A DNA stretch of 64,000 nt, from NCBI GenBank assembly GCA_040767085.1, contig JAXGPF010000003.1, positions 128,001 through 192,000 on the forward strand, given 5' to 3'. Numbering within the stretch: position 1 is the stretch's first letter; each line of letters starts with the position of its first letter. Below the pieces are notes generated by a model. That model saw only the letters and a list, made by a program, of their open reading frames with translations, searched no databases and was not told the DNA's origin. Shown one piece after another: positions 28,425 through 39,367 of this stretch. The position numbers and the translations under genes were made by a program. The stretch comes from Kiritimatiellia bacterium. GTDB taxonomy: Bacteria; Verrucomicrobiota; Kiritimatiellia; JAAZAB01.

Positions 28425-29262
28425 CGGGCAACATGTATTCCAGCAGGAGGATGATGGTGTTTTTTAACTCGGAACGCGTGACGATCATGTCGATTAACCC
28501 ATGCTTGAGAACGAATTCCGAACGTTGGAACCCGGGAGGTATGTCCTGCTGGGTGGTTTCCTTGATGACGCGCGGGCCGGCGAATCCGATCAAGGCGCCG
28601 GGCTCGGCGATGATCACGTCGCCCAGGGTGGCGAAACTGGCCATGACCCCGGCGGTGGAGGGATGGGTCAACACGGAAATATACGGCAAACCAGCGGCGG
28701 CATGCCGGGCCAGCGCCGCGCTGGTCTTGGCCATCTGCATCAGGCTGAACATGCCTTCATACATGCGGGCGCCGCCGGAAGCGCACACCATCAGCGCCGG
28801 CAATCCAGCGGCGGTGCTGCGTTCAATCATGCGGGTGACTTTTTCTCCGACCACCGACCCCATGCTGCCGCCGAGAAAATTGAAATCCATGATGCCCAGC
28901 CCGGCGGCGTAAGGTCCGATACGGGCCTGCCCGCAGATAATGGCTTCGTTCAGCCCGGTTTTTTTGCGGTTTTCTTCCAGCTTGGAGGTGTAAGACAGTT
29001 TGCCTTCAAAGCGTAAGGGGTTGTCGCTGAGCATATTGGCATCCCACTCAACAAAGGAATCCGGCTCGGTCAACATCTGCAGACGCTCGCGGGAATTAAG
29101 CGGGAAATGCGCGTTGCACTTGGGACATACCCGGCAACTGGCTTCAATTTCATGCTTGTAGATTATCTCGTTGCATTCCGGGCACTTGAGCCATAGCCCG
29201 GCCGGCAAATCTTTTTTCCGAACCTTGATTGAAGTATATTGCCGTTGTCCAAATAATCTCAT
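28396..29262 (-). CDS. accD: Acetyl-CoA carboxylase carboxyltransferase beta subunit
   Basis: WLKCPEC..CPKC zinc finger, GGSMGSVVGEK, SGGARM, GFAGPRVI. Confidence 0.95.
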   Translation of the reverse strand: MRLFGQRQYTSIKVRKKDLPAGLWLKCPECNEIIYKHEIEASCRVCPKCNAHFPLNSRERLQMLTEPDSFVEWDANMLSDNPLRFEGKLSYTSKLEENRKKTGLNEAIICGQARIGPYAAGLGIMDFNFLGGSMGSVVGEKVTRMIERSTAAGLPALMVCASGGARMYEGMFSLMQMAKTSAALARHAAAGLPYISVLTHPSTAGVMASFATLGDVIIAEPGALIGFAGPRVIKETTQQDIPPGFQRSEFVLKHGLIDMIVTRSELKNTIILLLEYMLPDATDQTAAG

Positions 29263-29279
29263 CAGCAGCCCTTCCCATT

Positions 29280-30038
29280 TCAGCCGCGGGCCAAGGTCAG
29301 CACGTAAACCCGTGCCGCACCGGCTTGTTTCAGCGCCCGGGCGCATTCGTTAACCGTAGCACCGGTGGTCATAACATCATCCAGCAACAGCAAACTCAAT
29401 CCCTGCACATTCACACGCGGCCTGATTTGAAAAACACCCTTAACATTAGCGATTCGCCCGGCGGCTGTCAAATGCGTTTGCGTCCCAGTCGGCCGCTTGC
29501 GCCGCAGTGCGCCGATCACGGGCAACGGGGGCGAGCGGCGCGCCAGCCCCGCGCCAAGCACCTGCGCCTGGTTGAACGACCGGCGGCGCTCCCGGAAGGC
29601 ATGCAACGGCACAAACACAATGGCATCAATATGTTGCGCAGAGTAGTGCGCCGCCAATCCAGCCCGCAGCAGCAAGTGAAAATCGCGCCGCAACCACAAA
29701 GCCGAGTGGTACTTGAATTCCCGCACCAACTGTCCCATCGTGCCCTGGTAGCGGCAGATCGAACGGGCGCGATCGAATGCCGGCGGACATTCCCGGCAAT
29801 GGCTGCAAACGAAATCGCCAGTGCCGGCTGCCGCCGGTTGTCCGCAGATATCGCAAAAAGGCGGGGTGATCAATGGCAGGCGCGCCCGGCAGTTCCAGCA
29901 TAAATACAGGTATTCTTGAGCGGCCGGCGCGCCGCAGATGGCGCAAGCGCGGGGATAGACCAGGTCCAGCGCCAGGCTGGCGACTTGTCCGAGCCACCGG
30001 GCTGAACTCAAGGCTGGTATGGATACGGCATGGTTCAT
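29280..30038 (-). CDS. comF: ComF-family phosphoribosyltransferase-like protein
   Basis: Double Zn ribbon, VPLH....RRSFNQA, LLLDDVMTTGAT. Confidence 0.88.
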   Translation of the reverse strand: MNHAVSIPALSSARWLGQVASLALDLVYPRACAICGAPAAQEYLYLCWNCRARLPLITPPFCDICGQPAAAGTGDFVCSHCRECPPAFDRARSICRYQGTMGQLVREFKYHSALWLRRDFHLLLRAGLAAHYSAQHIDAIVFVPLHAFRERRRSFNQAQVLGAGLARRSPPLPVIGALRRKRPTGTQTHLTAAGRIANVKGVFQIRPRVNVQGLSLLLLDDVMTTGATVNECARALKQAGAARVYVLTLARG

Positions 30039-30126
30039 GACTGATTACCCGGCGCTCCCGCCCCACCCCGTCATCCGCGTCAGTTGCCCCGGTCGGCGCC
30101 CGGAAGAAAAGGCAGGATAAATCACC

Positions 30127-30156
30127 TTGCCATTTATTCCGCATAAAGTATATACT
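30127..30156 (+). promoter_or_regulatory. Candidate sigma70 promoter
   Basis: TTGCCA-18 bp-TATACT upstream of the L,D-transpeptidase/accA/aspS run. Confidence 0.4.
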
Positions 30157-30184
30157 GTCCGGGCTTAACCAATAAAGGCATTTT

Positions 30185-31240
30185 ATGTTATCTGACGACG
30201 AGATCAAGGAAAACCTGCTCAATCCCCGGCCTTCGCGCCGGGTTTTCTGGTGGAATATCGGGCTCCTGGTATTGGGTGTTATGGTCGCGGTTGTAATTTA
30301 CAATGGCGTCATGAAGCGCCGTCGCGCCCGGGAGCGGGATATTTTCCCGCGGGAAACCGCTGCCATGCAGGCAAAGCCTGCACCGGCTGCAGCGGCGGCC
30401 CCGCAGCCGGCGCCAATACCGGCGCTGGTCCCGCGGAAAACCGTGGACGCTCCCCCGTCTCCGACTCCCACGGCCCCAGCCGCGTCATCGGTATCCGCCC
30501 CGGCACTTGCGCCCGGAGCAGCCCAGGATATTTTAAAGCAAGTCCGCGATTTGCGCGATGCCGGGCAAAAACAAAAAGCCCGCGAGCAATGTTACGCATA
30601 TCTGGGCAAGTTGAAAGACCCGGCGGCCATCCGCGCCATGGAAGACCTGCTGGGTGAAATCAATCTCGACCTGCTCCTGACGCCGGCGGCGATGCCCGAG
30701 AAAACCGATTACGTGGTCAAGTCAGGCGATTCGCTGGCGCGCATTGCCAAGCAATTCGGCACCACGGTGGAACTGGTGCAGATGAGCAACCAGGTGCGCG
30801 GGCACATGATCCGGCCCGGCGACCGCATGCGGATTTTCAACACGCCTTTCTCACTGCGCATCAATAAGTCCCGCAACGAGTTGGAGGTTTACGCGGGCGA
30901 CCGATTTTTCAAGCGTTACAAGGTCGGCACCGGCAAACACGGCACAACGCCGGCAGGCATCTTCGTAATTAACGATAAAATTCCCGAGCCGCCCTGGTGG
31001 CGTCCGGATGGCCAGGTTGTGCCATTCGGCGACAAGGAAAACGTTCTCGGCACGCGCTGGCTCTCGCTCAAGCCCGTGGAAGGCACCGATCCGGTGCGCG
31101 GCTACGGCATCCATGGCACCTGGGAGCCGGAGACCATCGGCCAACAAGCCAGCGCCGGCTGCGTGCGCCTGTTGAACGAAGATGTCGAACAGTTGTACGT
31201 CCTGCTACCGCTGGGCACGCGCGTAGTTATCGAAGAGTGA
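30185..31240 (+). CDS. L,D-transpeptidase (YkuD) with LysM domain and N-terminal anchor
   Basis: YVVKSGDSLARIA LysM; YGIHGT....IG..ASAGCVRL. Confidence 0.92.
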   Translation: MLSDDEIKENLLNPRPSRRVFWWNIGLLVLGVMVAVVIYNGVMKRRRARERDIFPRETAAMQAKPAPAAAAAPQPAPIPALVPRKTVDAPPSPTPTAPAASSVSAPALAPGAAQDILKQVRDLRDAGQKQKAREQCYAYLGKLKDPAAIRAMEDLLGEINLDLLLTPAAMPEKTDYVVKSGDSLARIAKQFGTTVELVQMSNQVRGHMIRPGDRMRIFNTPFSLRINKSRNELEVYAGDRFFKRYKVGTGKHGTTPAGIFVINDKIPEPPWWRPDGQVVPFGDKENVLGTRWLSLKPVEGTDPVRGYGIHGTWEPETIGQQASAGCVRLLNEDVEQLYVLLPLGTRVVIEE

Positions 31241-31253
31241 TCGCAAACCGCTT

Positions 31254-32252
31254 ATGGCGCTGAAATACATTTTGCCTTTTGAAAAGCCGGTGGCCGAGTT
31301 GGAAGCCAAGCTCGAGGAATTGCGCGCGTTCAGCGAGTCGCACGACATTGATCTGACCCGCGAATTGCAGGAAATGGAGCGCAAGATCAAGGAAACCCGC
31401 CGGCGGGTTTTCGAAAACCTGTCGCCTTGGGACGAAGTGCAACTCGCCAGGCACCCCCAACGCCCGTACACTCTCGATTATATCCAGGCGATGTGCACGG
31501 ATTTCATCGAACTGCATGGCGACCGCCATTACGCCGACGACCGGGCAATCGTCGGCGGGTTTGCCCGCCTGGACGGCCGGAAGATCATGGTCATCGGCCT
31601 GCAAAAGGGGCGCGACGTTAGAAGCAATGTCGAGCGCAATTTCGGGATGGCCTACCCGGAGGGATATCGCAAGGCCTTGCGACTGATGAAGTTGGCTGCC
31701 CGCTTCCGCCGTCCGATCGTCACCTTGATCGATACCGCCGGCGCCTACCCCGGCATCGGAGGCGAGGAACGCCATGTGGCCGAAGCCATCGCCGTGAACC
31801 TGCGGGAATCCATCCTGCTGCCGGTGCCGATAGTGGTGGCGGTCATCGGCGAAGGCGGCAGCGGCGGGGCCCTGGGCATTGGCGTCGGGGATCGGATACT
31901 GGTGATGGAACACGCGTACTATTCCGTGATTTCCCCGGAAGGCTGCGCCGCCATTCTCTGGAAAGACCGCGCCTACGCCAGCCAGGCGGCGGAAGTGCTG
32001 CATTTGACCTCGCGCGCCCTGCTGCAAGACAAGCTGGTGGATGAAATCGTCGCCGAACCGGAAGGCGGGGCGCATCGCGATCCCGCGGGCGCGGCGGCCG
32101 GGTTAAAGGCGCGGCTGCTTGCCAACCTGGCGGATTTGAACCAATTGACCACGGATAGTTTGCTTGCCCAACGTTATGCCAAGTTCCGCGCCATGGGTGT
32201 TTACCATGAGGCGGAGCCGGCAGCCGAACCGGAACCGGGACCGCCTGCCTGA
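31254..32252 (+). CDS. accA: Acetyl-CoA carboxylase carboxyltransferase alpha subunit
   Basis: ARHPQRP, ELHGDR, PEGYRKALR, GEGGSGGAL, YSVISPEG. Confidence 0.96.
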   Translation: MALKYILPFEKPVAELEAKLEELRAFSESHDIDLTRELQEMERKIKETRRRVFENLSPWDEVQLARHPQRPYTLDYIQAMCTDFIELHGDRHYADDRAIVGGFARLDGRKIMVIGLQKGRDVRSNVERNFGMAYPEGYRKALRLMKLAARFRRPIVTLIDTAGAYPGIGGEERHVAEAIAVNLRESILLPVPIVVAVIGEGGSGGALGIGVGDRILVMEHAYYSVISPEGCAAILWKDRAYASQAAEVLHLTSRALLQDKLVDEIVAEPEGGAHRDPAGAAAGLKARLLANLADLNQLTTDSLLAQRYAKFRAMGVYHEAEPAAEPEPGPPA

Positions 32253-32301
32253 CGGCCCCCGGCCGACCTGACCCATGAATCGTAACTCGCAGAGTCCGAC
32301 T

Positions 32302-34140
32302 ATGCATCTCTATCGCACCCATACCTGCGGCGCCTTGCGCCGCGAACAGGCCGGCGCGCCAGCGCGCCTGTCCGGCTGGATTTACCGCAAACGCGACCAC
32401 GGCCACCTGCTGTTCATTGACCTGCGCGACCATTATGGACTGACCCAGGTGGTGATCCAGCCCGACCGCGAATTTTTCGAGGCCTGCTGCAAACTCCGGC
32501 TGGAAAGCGTGATTACCGTCACCGGCCAGGTCGTCCTGCGTTCGCCGGACACCATCAATCCCGAACTGCCCACCGGCGAAGTCGAGTTGGTGGCGGAAAG
32601 CGTGGCGGTCGAATCCGCCTGCGAGCCGCTGCCGCTGATGGTGGACAGCGAGGAAGACGGCCCGGAAGACACGCGGCTGCGCTACCGCTATCTCGATTTG
32701 CGCCGGCCGCGCCTGCACGCCAATATCATGCTGCGGTCGCAGGTGATCGCCTACATCCGCCGCCGGATGATGGAACTGGGCTTCTCGGAATTTCAAACGC
32801 CGATCCTTACCAGCAGTTCGCCGGAAGGCGCCCGCGATTACCTGGTGCCCAGCCGCATTCATCCGGGCAAATTTTACGCCCTGCCCCAGGCGCCCCAGCA
32901 ATTCAAGCAACTCCTGATGGTGGCGGGGTTCGACCGTTATTTCCAGATCGCCCCGTGTTTCCGGGACGAAGATGCCCGCGCCGACCGCTCGCCGGGCGAA
33001 TTTTACCAGTTGGACCTGGAGATGTCTTTCGCCACCCAGGAAGACGTCTTCGCCGTGGTGGAGGATGTCTTTGCCGGGCTTTTCCGGGAATACGGCAAAA
33101 TGCCCTGCAACGCGGCGCCCTTCCCGCGCCTGGCTTTCGCCGACGCCCTGGAACGTTACGGCACGGACAAGCCCGACCTGCGCATTCCGATTGAAATGCG
33201 CGATGTCACCGACACCTTCCGCAGCGGCAATTTCAAGATTTTCAGTTCCGCCATCGCCGGCGGCGCGGTGGCGCGCGCCATTCCGGCGCCGGGCGCCGTC
33301 GCCCAGCCGCGCAGTTTCTTCGACAAGCTTACCGCCTGCGCCCAGGAACTCGGCGCCAAGGGACTGGCCTACCTGACGTGGTCCAACGGCGCGGTCAAGG
33401 GGCCGGCGGCGAAGTTCCTGCATCCCGACCAGCTGGCCGCCCTGGCCCAGCAATGCGGCGTGGGTGAAGGCGATGCGCTGTTTTTCCTGTGCGACCGCCC
33501 CCGCGAAGTCAACCGCATCGCCGCCGAATTGCGCGTGAAACTCGGACGCGACCTGAACCTGATCGAGGAAAACACCTATCGGTTCTGCTGGGTGGTGGAC
33601 TTCCCCATGTTCGAGCAGGATGCTGAAACCGGCGCAGTCGTCTTCTCCCACAATCCCTTTTCCATGCCGCAGGGCGGCCTGCAGGCGCTGGAGGAAAAGA
33701 ACCCGCTGGAAGTGCTGGCTTACCAGTACGATTTCGTCTGCAATGGCTGCGAGTTATCCAGCGGCGCCATCCGCAACCACCGGCCGGAAATCATGTACAA
33801 GGCCTTTGCCATCGCAGGCTACTCCCGCGAGGATGTTGACCAGAAATTCTCCGGCATGATCAACGCCTTCCGCCTGGGCGCCCCGCCCCATGGCGGCATT
33901 GCGCCGGGAATTGACCGGATCGTCATGCTGCTGGCCGGCGAACGCAACATCCGCGAGGTTATAACCTTCCCCATGAACCAGAAGGCGCAGGACCTGATGA
34001 TGGGCGCGCCCGCGGAAGTCACGCTGAAGCAATTGCGCGAATTGCATATCAAGCTGAACGTTCCGCCGCCAGCTTCGGCGCCGGCAACAACGGCGCCGGC
34101 GGCTGCCGCGCCAACACCGCCGGCCCCGCCGGCGAATTAG
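32302..34140 (+). CDS. aspS: Aspartate--tRNA ligase, likely non-discriminating Asp/Asn type
   Basis: [57 protein letters not shown]. Confidence 0.96.
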   Translation: MHLYRTHTCGALRREQAGAPARLSGWIYRKRDHGHLLFIDLRDHYGLTQVVIQPDREFFEACCKLRLESVITVTGQVVLRSPDTINPELPTGEVELVAESVAVESACEPLPLMVDSEEDGPEDTRLRYRYLDLRRPRLHANIMLRSQVIAYIRRRMMELGFSEFQTPILTSSSPEGARDYLVPSRIHPGKFYALPQAPQQFKQLLMVAGFDRYFQIAPCFRDEDARADRSPGEFYQLDLEMSFATQEDVFAVVEDVFAGLFREYGKMPCNAAPFPRLAFADALERYGTDKPDLRIPIEMRDVTDTFRSGNFKIFSSAIAGGAVARAIPAPGAVAQPRSFFDKLTACAQELGAKGLAYLTWSNGAVKGPAAKFLHPDQLAALAQQCGVGEGDALFFLCDRPREVNRIAAELRVKLGRDLNLIEENTYRFCWVVDFPMFEQDAETGAVVFSHNPFSMPQGGLQALEEKNPLEVLAYQYDFVCNGCELSSGAIRNHRPEIMYKAFAIAGYSREDVDQKFSGMINAFRLGAPPHGGIAPGIDRIVMLLAGERNIREVITFPMNQKAQDLMMGAPAEVTLKQLRELHIKLNVPPPASAPATTAPAAAAPTPPAPPAN

Positions 34141-34898
34141 CCCTGCCCGGCGGCGGGCCGCCAGGTCCAGAGCACGATGGCGACCGCGGTCGCGGCATTC
34201 AGCGATTCCACGCCGCGCTGCATGGGGATGGCCGCGCAATCCAGCCGGCCGCGCAGGTTGTCCGGCAAACCCGGCCCTTCCTGCCCGGGCAGCAACCCGT
34301 AGGCGCCGCGCGGTGTCTCCCAGTCATCCAGGGGCCGCCCGCCGGCATCCAGGGTAAACACTCGCCGGCCGGCCGGCCAGGTTAATTCCTCCAGGCGGCC
34401 GGCCTGCGCCAGCGGCAATCTCCAAACGGTGCCCGCCGCCGCGCGCAACGCGCGCGGCAGGAACGGGCAGGCGGCTTCCGCCGTGAGCACCACCCGCGCC
34501 GCGCCCAGCGCGGCGGCCGAGCGGATGACCCCGCCGACATTTTCCGGATCGCTGAAAGGCGCAAACAGGGTGCACCCGCCGGGCCACGGCGCCGCGGGAT
34601 CATAGGCCGGCAGGGCCGGCCGCCGCATCAGCAGCAGCGGACCGGGCGCGCCAAAGACATTGATGCTTTGGAACAGGCCCGCGGCCAGCATGTAGCGCGG
34701 CACACCCGGCGGGGAGGGAATGTCCGGATGATCCGCGGCGGCGATCACGGCCTCGATCAAGTCCGGCCGGTCGCGCAGCGCTTCCCGCACCAGCCGCGCG
34801 CCGCCGGCCAGGTAAACACCGTGCTTGCGGATGCCGCGGGCATCGTCCAGCGCCGCCAGTTTGCGGATCAAGGGATTCGCGCGGCTGGTGATGAGCAT
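34137..34898 (-). CDS. TrmH/SpoU-family RNA methyltransferase
   Basis: [28 protein letters not shown]...VESLNAA. Confidence 0.88.
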   Translation of the reverse strand: MLITSRANPLIRKLAALDDARGIRKHGVYLAGGARLVREALRDRPDLIEAVIAAADHPDIPSPPGVPRYMLAAGLFQSINVFGAPGPLLLMRRPALPAYDPAAPWPGGCTLFAPFSDPENVGGVIRSAAALGAARVVLTAEAACPFLPRALRAAAGTVWRLPLAQAGRLEELTWPAGRRVFTLDAGGRPLDDWETPRGAYGLLPGQEGPGLPDNLRGRLDCAAIPMQRGVESLNAATAVAIVLWTWRPAAGQG

Positions 34899-34957
34899 TG
34901 GTGATACAACCATGGGGCCGGGACCTTGGATGACTGGGTGGCGCGGAAGTTGACCGC

Positions 34958-35674
34958 TTAAGCTTTCCTGATGATTTCCGACTCGGCGGCGCACAAGGCC
35001 TCGAAAATCCCGGCAGCATCCGGCGCCTGGCGCATGGCGGAGATCAGGTGTGTGCGCCGGCACATCATGCAGATGCGCGCCAGCACGTGCAGGTGAATCC
35101 GGTCATCCTGGCAGCAGATCAGGAAAAAGGTGTCCGTTGTTGCCCCGTCCGGCGCGCCGAACGGCAGCGGATGGGCGGTGCGGCCGATGACGATAAACGA
35201 GTCCTCGAACATATACGGCTCGTGATTGCGGGGATGCAGGAGTGCGATGCCGTCAGCAATCGCCGTGGAGCATAAATTTTCGCGTTCCTCCAGGCTGGAC
35301 AGCAGGTCCGCCGCGGAAAACACCATCCCGGTCAGGTCCGCCAGGCGCGTCATCTCGCGCAACAGCGACGGCTTGGTACGGGCCGGCACGTCGGTATGCA
35401 CGAACTCCAACCGCGCCAATTCGGTGATAATAGCCGCATCGTGGGACAAATCGTGCTCCTTGCTGGTCACCTGGTGGTAGTCGGTGAGTTTCTTGTCCAC
35501 CATGCCGAGAATCCGGCGGGACGCCCAGACATCCAGTTCGCGCTGCCGGAAAACACAGCGGCCGCCCAGTGTTTCGCAGGGGATTTCCTGGCGACGCACC
35601 AACTGCTGGAGGTCGGCCGGTTTCAGGTGCAGGTATTCCGCCGTCTGATCTAGATTGAAAATACGGTGCGGCAT
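34958..35674 (-). CDS. Excisionase-like HTH fused to a PTS IIA (Ntr/Fru-type) domain
   Basis: FNLDQTAEYL...EIP HTH; ERENLCSTAIADGIALLHPR, PFGAPDG, HLHVLARI. Confidence 0.85.
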   Translation of the reverse strand: MPHRIFNLDQTAEYLHLKPADLQQLVRRQEIPCETLGGRCVFRQRELDVWASRRILGMVDKKLTDYHQVTSKEHDLSHDAAIITELARLEFVHTDVPARTKPSLLREMTRLADLTGMVFSAADLLSSLEERENLCSTAIADGIALLHPRNHEPYMFEDSFIVIGRTAHPLPFGAPDGATTDTFFLICCQDDRIHLHVLARICMMCRRTHLISAMRQAPDAAGIFEALCAAESEIIRKA

Positions 35675-35696
35675 ATGATCACAGCCTTGAATTTTA

Positions 35697-36788
35697 TTAT
35701 AACGCGTCCGCCGGCGGCTGCACCAGGATGGCCTGGAACACCCGGCGGCAGTAATCGCATTGATGGCACCGATGCCCGCAGGTCGAAGTCCGCTCGAACC
35801 AATCGGCGGGAAAACGCCGGTTATCCAGCATGGCGGGCGCCAGGGCCCGCGCAAAGCCGGGCTCAAACAGGTTCAACAGGTTGCCGTCATGCCGCCCGCC
35901 GGCATAGGCATGGATCACCAGGCGCGGCTGGGCGTGCATGCGGGTGGCAAGTTTGACCGTGCGGAAGAGGCCGGCGTAATGGCGCAAATCTTCCGGCCGG
36001 ATCCAATTCGCCTGCAGTAAAACATGGCGGCGGTCGGGCTGGCGCAGGTAATTCCAGCAGATGTGCGGCGTCCAGCCTTCCATGTTGGCGGTTTCGTCCA
36101 GTTCCTGTTCATGCGCCACCATGTTATCGTGAAAAATCTGCCCCGGGCAGTGATCCAGGCAGCCGCTGTTAGCCAGCAGGTGCAGGCGCTTGCCGGCGCC
36201 GTCCGCCCATTCCTTCAGCCGGGCCAGGTGCGCCAGGTCGCGATTGCATTCGCGGCGGACGTAAAAGCTGTCGAAGAGCTGCGCGGCGTATTCCATGCCG
36301 TTGACCGTCCCGATCTGCATGTTGACGGATGCGCGCGTTTCGATGGCCGGAAAATGCTTTTTAACGATGTGCGCGACGGCGGGGGATGCCGTCGTGACAG
36401 CATCCGCGCCGTTGACGATATCAGCCAAATGTTCCAGGATGGAGCAGACCTGGCGTTCCAGGCACCGGCTGACGGCCCGGCCGCCGTAGCAGTTCGCGTT
36501 AAGCAGCAAATCCAGCCGCACGCCCATCTCGCGGCAGGCCTGGAGATCTTCTTCCATCCTTTGCTGTCCGCTCCAATCGGTATAGCCCCGGCGCCGGGTC
36601 AACGCGGCGCGGCCGGAGGGCAGATCGGCCCAGGGGAAGTATATTTCTTCGATCGCCGGCCGGTAATCCTGGACGATGCCGGCGAAACTTTCTTCGTCCG
36701 GATCGGCCAGTTGATAACCGACGGCGAAGCGGATGCCATCGGCCGGCGCCGGGCGGGCGGGCGGGATGTTGTCTGGCGGGGATTGCAT
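35697..36788 (-). CDS. U32-family-like protein with Cys-rich C-terminus
   Basis: LLNANC, RASVNMQI, RECNRD, LLANSGCLDHCP..IFH, WIRPEDL, KLATR, CGHRCHQCDYC; start 36788 or 36809. Confidence 0.7.
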   Translation of the reverse strand: MQSPPDNIPPARPAPADGIRFAVGYQLADPDEESFAGIVQDYRPAIEEIYFPWADLPSGRAALTRRRGYTDWSGQQRMEEDLQACREMGVRLDLLLNANCYGGRAVSRCLERQVCSILEHLADIVNGADAVTTASPAVAHIVKKHFPAIETRASVNMQIGTVNGMEYAAQLFDSFYVRRECNRDLAHLARLKEWADGAGKRLHLLANSGCLDHCPGQIFHDNMVAHEQELDETANMEGWTPHICWNYLRQPDRRHVLLQANWIRPEDLRHYAGLFRTVKLATRMHAQPRLVIHAYAGGRHDGNLLNLFEPGFARALAPAMLDNRRFPADWFERTSTCGHRCHQCDYCRRVFQAILVQPPADAL

Positions 36789-36902
36789 GCCTAGACAAAT
36801 ATTCTCCATGCCCGGCCATGTCAAGCCGGAAATACGGAAATAAAAACCGCTGGACTTTGACAGGCGTCGCAGTATGCTAATAAAAACAAAAGGGAGCAAG
36901 GC

Positions 36903-37331
36903 ATGCGCAAACGACTTAAACCGGCCGACCCCGCCACGCGGGCGCGCCTGCTGGAGGAACTGCACCGCGATCTCGAGCGCCGCCAGGGCGGCTACCGCGA
37001 ACAGGCGCTGAACCTGCTGCCGCATGTCTGCGCCAGTTGCGGACGGGCCTTCGAGGGACGGCGCCTGCGCGAACTCACGGTCCACCACAAAGACCACAAC
37101 TGGAAAAACAATCCGCCCGACGGCAGCAACTGGGAATTGCTCTGCCTTTATTGCCACGACCATGAGCATGAAAAATACAAGATGGCGGATTACGCCACCG
37201 GCGCGCCGGAAAATCTTGAGCCGGCGCCGTCCATCTTCCAGCCATTTGCCAACCTGGGCCAACTCCAGGCCGCGCCGCCGGCCGGCGATCCCGCCCGGCC
37301 GCCGCCTGGCAGCGGCCCCCGGCCCGGCTGA
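36903..37331 (+). CDS. yajD: YajD-family HNH nuclease
   Basis: GYREQAL.LLPHVCASC, ELTVHHKDHN..NNPPDGSNWELLCLYCHDHEH. Confidence 0.88.
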   Translation: MRKRLKPADPATRARLLEELHRDLERRQGGYREQALNLLPHVCASCGRAFEGRRLRELTVHHKDHNWKNNPPDGSNWELLCLYCHDHEHEKYKMADYATGAPENLEPAPSIFQPFANLGQLQAAPPAGDPARPPPGSGPRPG

Positions 37332-37373
37332 CGCCGCCGGCAAAGCCGCGTTCGGCCTGGCATTACCGGGTGG

Positions 37374-39047
37374 ATGATGTATTACCTGATGACTTTTTTG
37401 CGGAAGGATATGGCGGTCCTGTCCAATGTCCTCCGCGCCGGCCGGCGGCAATCGCGGTTCAAGCAAATTTTCATCGGCTGCTTCGCGCTGGGACTCCTGG
37501 CCGGCTTATGGCGACTGTTCCTCGATGGATTCCGTTTCATCTCCGCCCTGGGCGGCGTGGGCACGCTGCTGATCCAGCGACTCTTTTCCCTGTTTTTCTT
37601 CAGCCTGGCCGCCATGCTGCTGGTTTCCAGCCTGATCACCGCCTATGCGGTGCTTTTCCGCGCGGCGGAAAACCCGCCGCTGATTTTATCGCCGGTGCCG
37701 CATGGCCGGCGCATTCTGCATCAATGGCTGGAAATCACACTGATCTCGGCCTGGGCGTTTTTTTTCATGATCGTGCCGTTTATCGGCGCGTTCGTCATGC
37801 ATGAGCGCCTGCCCCTGCCATTCATCTTCTGGACCGGCCTGCTTTCGGCGCCATTTGTGCTGCTATGCTGCGCGGGCGGCGTGTTGATCACCCTGGCGGC
37901 CGTCCGCTGGCTGCCGCGGCTGCATCCGGCCTGGCTCGGGCTGGTGCTGGCGGGCGCGGCGGGATGGTGGTGGTGGCGTTCCGCCGCTGCCGCGGCGCCG
38001 CCGCACGCGGATGAAGCCGTTTTCATGCTGGCGCGCCTGATCCCGGGCTTGCGCCTGGCAGCCTACCCGCTCTGGCCCAGCCATTGGGTGGCGGAAGGCA
38101 TCCTGGCACTCAGCCGCGGTGATTGGGCGCGCGGCGCCGGCTTTTCGGCCGTGCTGTGCGCCAACCTGCTCATGGCCGGGCTGCTGGTGGATCGCCTGGG
38201 CCAGGCCTGGTTTCAGCAAGCCTGGCAGCGCTCGCTGGCGCCGCGTCGGCGCCGGAACGGCCGGCGGCCGGCGGAGCGCGCCTGGAGCGAAAATCTGCTG
38301 CGTCCGCTCCGGCAGGACCACCGGGCGCTGGTCCTGAAAGATTGGCGGCAGTTGATGCGCGATCCGGTCCAATGGACGCAAGGCGCGGTTTTTTTCTGTC
38401 TGCTGGCGGTTTATTTTCTCAACCTGCGCAATTTGAATTACCATCAGCTTGACCCGGTCTGGCGCAACCTGATTGCCTTTTTGAATGTTTTCAGCCTGGC
38501 AGCCATCATGTGTTCCTTCTGCTCGCGGTTCGTCTATCCGCAGATGAGCCTGGAGGGGCATGGCTGCTGGATGATCGGGCTGTCGCCCGTCAGCATGGGG
38601 CGGGTCTTGCTGGTAAAATTCGCGGCCGCCTGGGCGGTCCTGCTCGCCGTCGGCGCCGGCCTGCTGCTGTTATCCAGCTCCCTGCTGAATGCGGCGCCGG
38701 GCATGCGCGCCCTGGCGGTGGCGCTGGCCGCGGCCATGTCGGCGGCCTTCTGCGCCCTGGCCACCGGGTTGGGCGCGATTTTCCTGAACTTGCGCCAGCG
38801 CAATCCGGTAATCATTCTTTCCGGGTTCGGCGGCACGCTGAACCTGGCGCTCAGCCTGGCGTATATGATCGCCGCCATCCTGCCTTTTGCCGCGCTGTAT
38901 CATTGGTTTTACCTTGGACGGCTGGATGCCCAGTCCCTGCAACGCGGCCTTTGGGCCGCAGGCGCCTGGCTGGCAGTCCTGACAGCGGCCGCCGCGGTCG
39001 TGCCGCTGGCCCTGGCCCGGCGCAGCCTGCAACAACGCGAGTATTGA
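37374..39047 (+). CDS. Putative ABC-2-type exporter permease
   Basis: About 12 TM segments in two halves; LVLKDWRQLMRDP, RFVYPQMSLEG. Confidence 0.75.
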   Translation: MMYYLMTFLRKDMAVLSNVLRAGRRQSRFKQIFIGCFALGLLAGLWRLFLDGFRFISALGGVGTLLIQRLFSLFFFSLAAMLLVSSLITAYAVLFRAAENPPLILSPVPHGRRILHQWLEITLISAWAFFFMIVPFIGAFVMHERLPLPFIFWTGLLSAPFVLLCCAGGVLITLAAVRWLPRLHPAWLGLVLAGAAGWWWWRSAAAAAPPHADEAVFMLARLIPGLRLAAYPLWPSHWVAEGILALSRGDWARGAGFSAVLCANLLMAGLLVDRLGQAWFQQAWQRSLAPRRRRNGRRPAERAWSENLLRPLRQDHRALVLKDWRQLMRDPVQWTQGAVFFCLLAVYFLNLRNLNYHQLDPVWRNLIAFLNVFSLAAIMCSFCSRFVYPQMSLEGHGCWMIGLSPVSMGRVLLVKFAAAWAVLLAVGAGLLLLSSSLLNAAPGMRALAVALAAAMSAAFCALATGLGAIFLNLRQRNPVIILSGFGGTLNLALSLAYMIAAILPFAALYHWFYLGRLDAQSLQRGLWAAGAWLAVLTAAAAVVPLALARRSLQQREY

Positions 39048-39081
39048 CCCGGCGGCGGCGGGGCAAACTGGGGGATGAACC

Positions 39082-39303
39082 CGGGGCTGCGTTATGTTCA
39101 GCGGCTCGCTCCCGCGCCTTGCGCGCCGTTCCGGATCGGAGGCGGCCAAGGGACCCAGGCTTTGCCAAGGCTACGCCGGGCAAGCTGGCCGCCCTACCGA
39201 AGCATGAATACAGATTCCGGAGGCAGGGCGAGGTCTCCCTGCGTGCTGCGCTATGCAGGGCAAGCCGTACCGAGCCGTCTTTTCCGAGAATGACGCATCC
39301 CCG
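39082..39303. mobile_element. MITE with CAGGGCTGCG-type ends, family copy 2
   Basis: cggggctgcgttatgttc / gagaatgacgcatccccg; flanks gggatgaacc / gggctgaacc (9 of 10 match). Confidence 0.8.
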
Positions 39304-39367
39304 GGGCTGAACCGGGAATGGAAAAGCGCGCTTGTGCGGACGGCGGCGCTATGTTAAGCTTGGCCCG

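Noticed and set aside
36810-37466. N-terminal extension of the 589-aa ORF
   Set aside because: It is antisense to yajD; the U32-like similarity begins after 36788.
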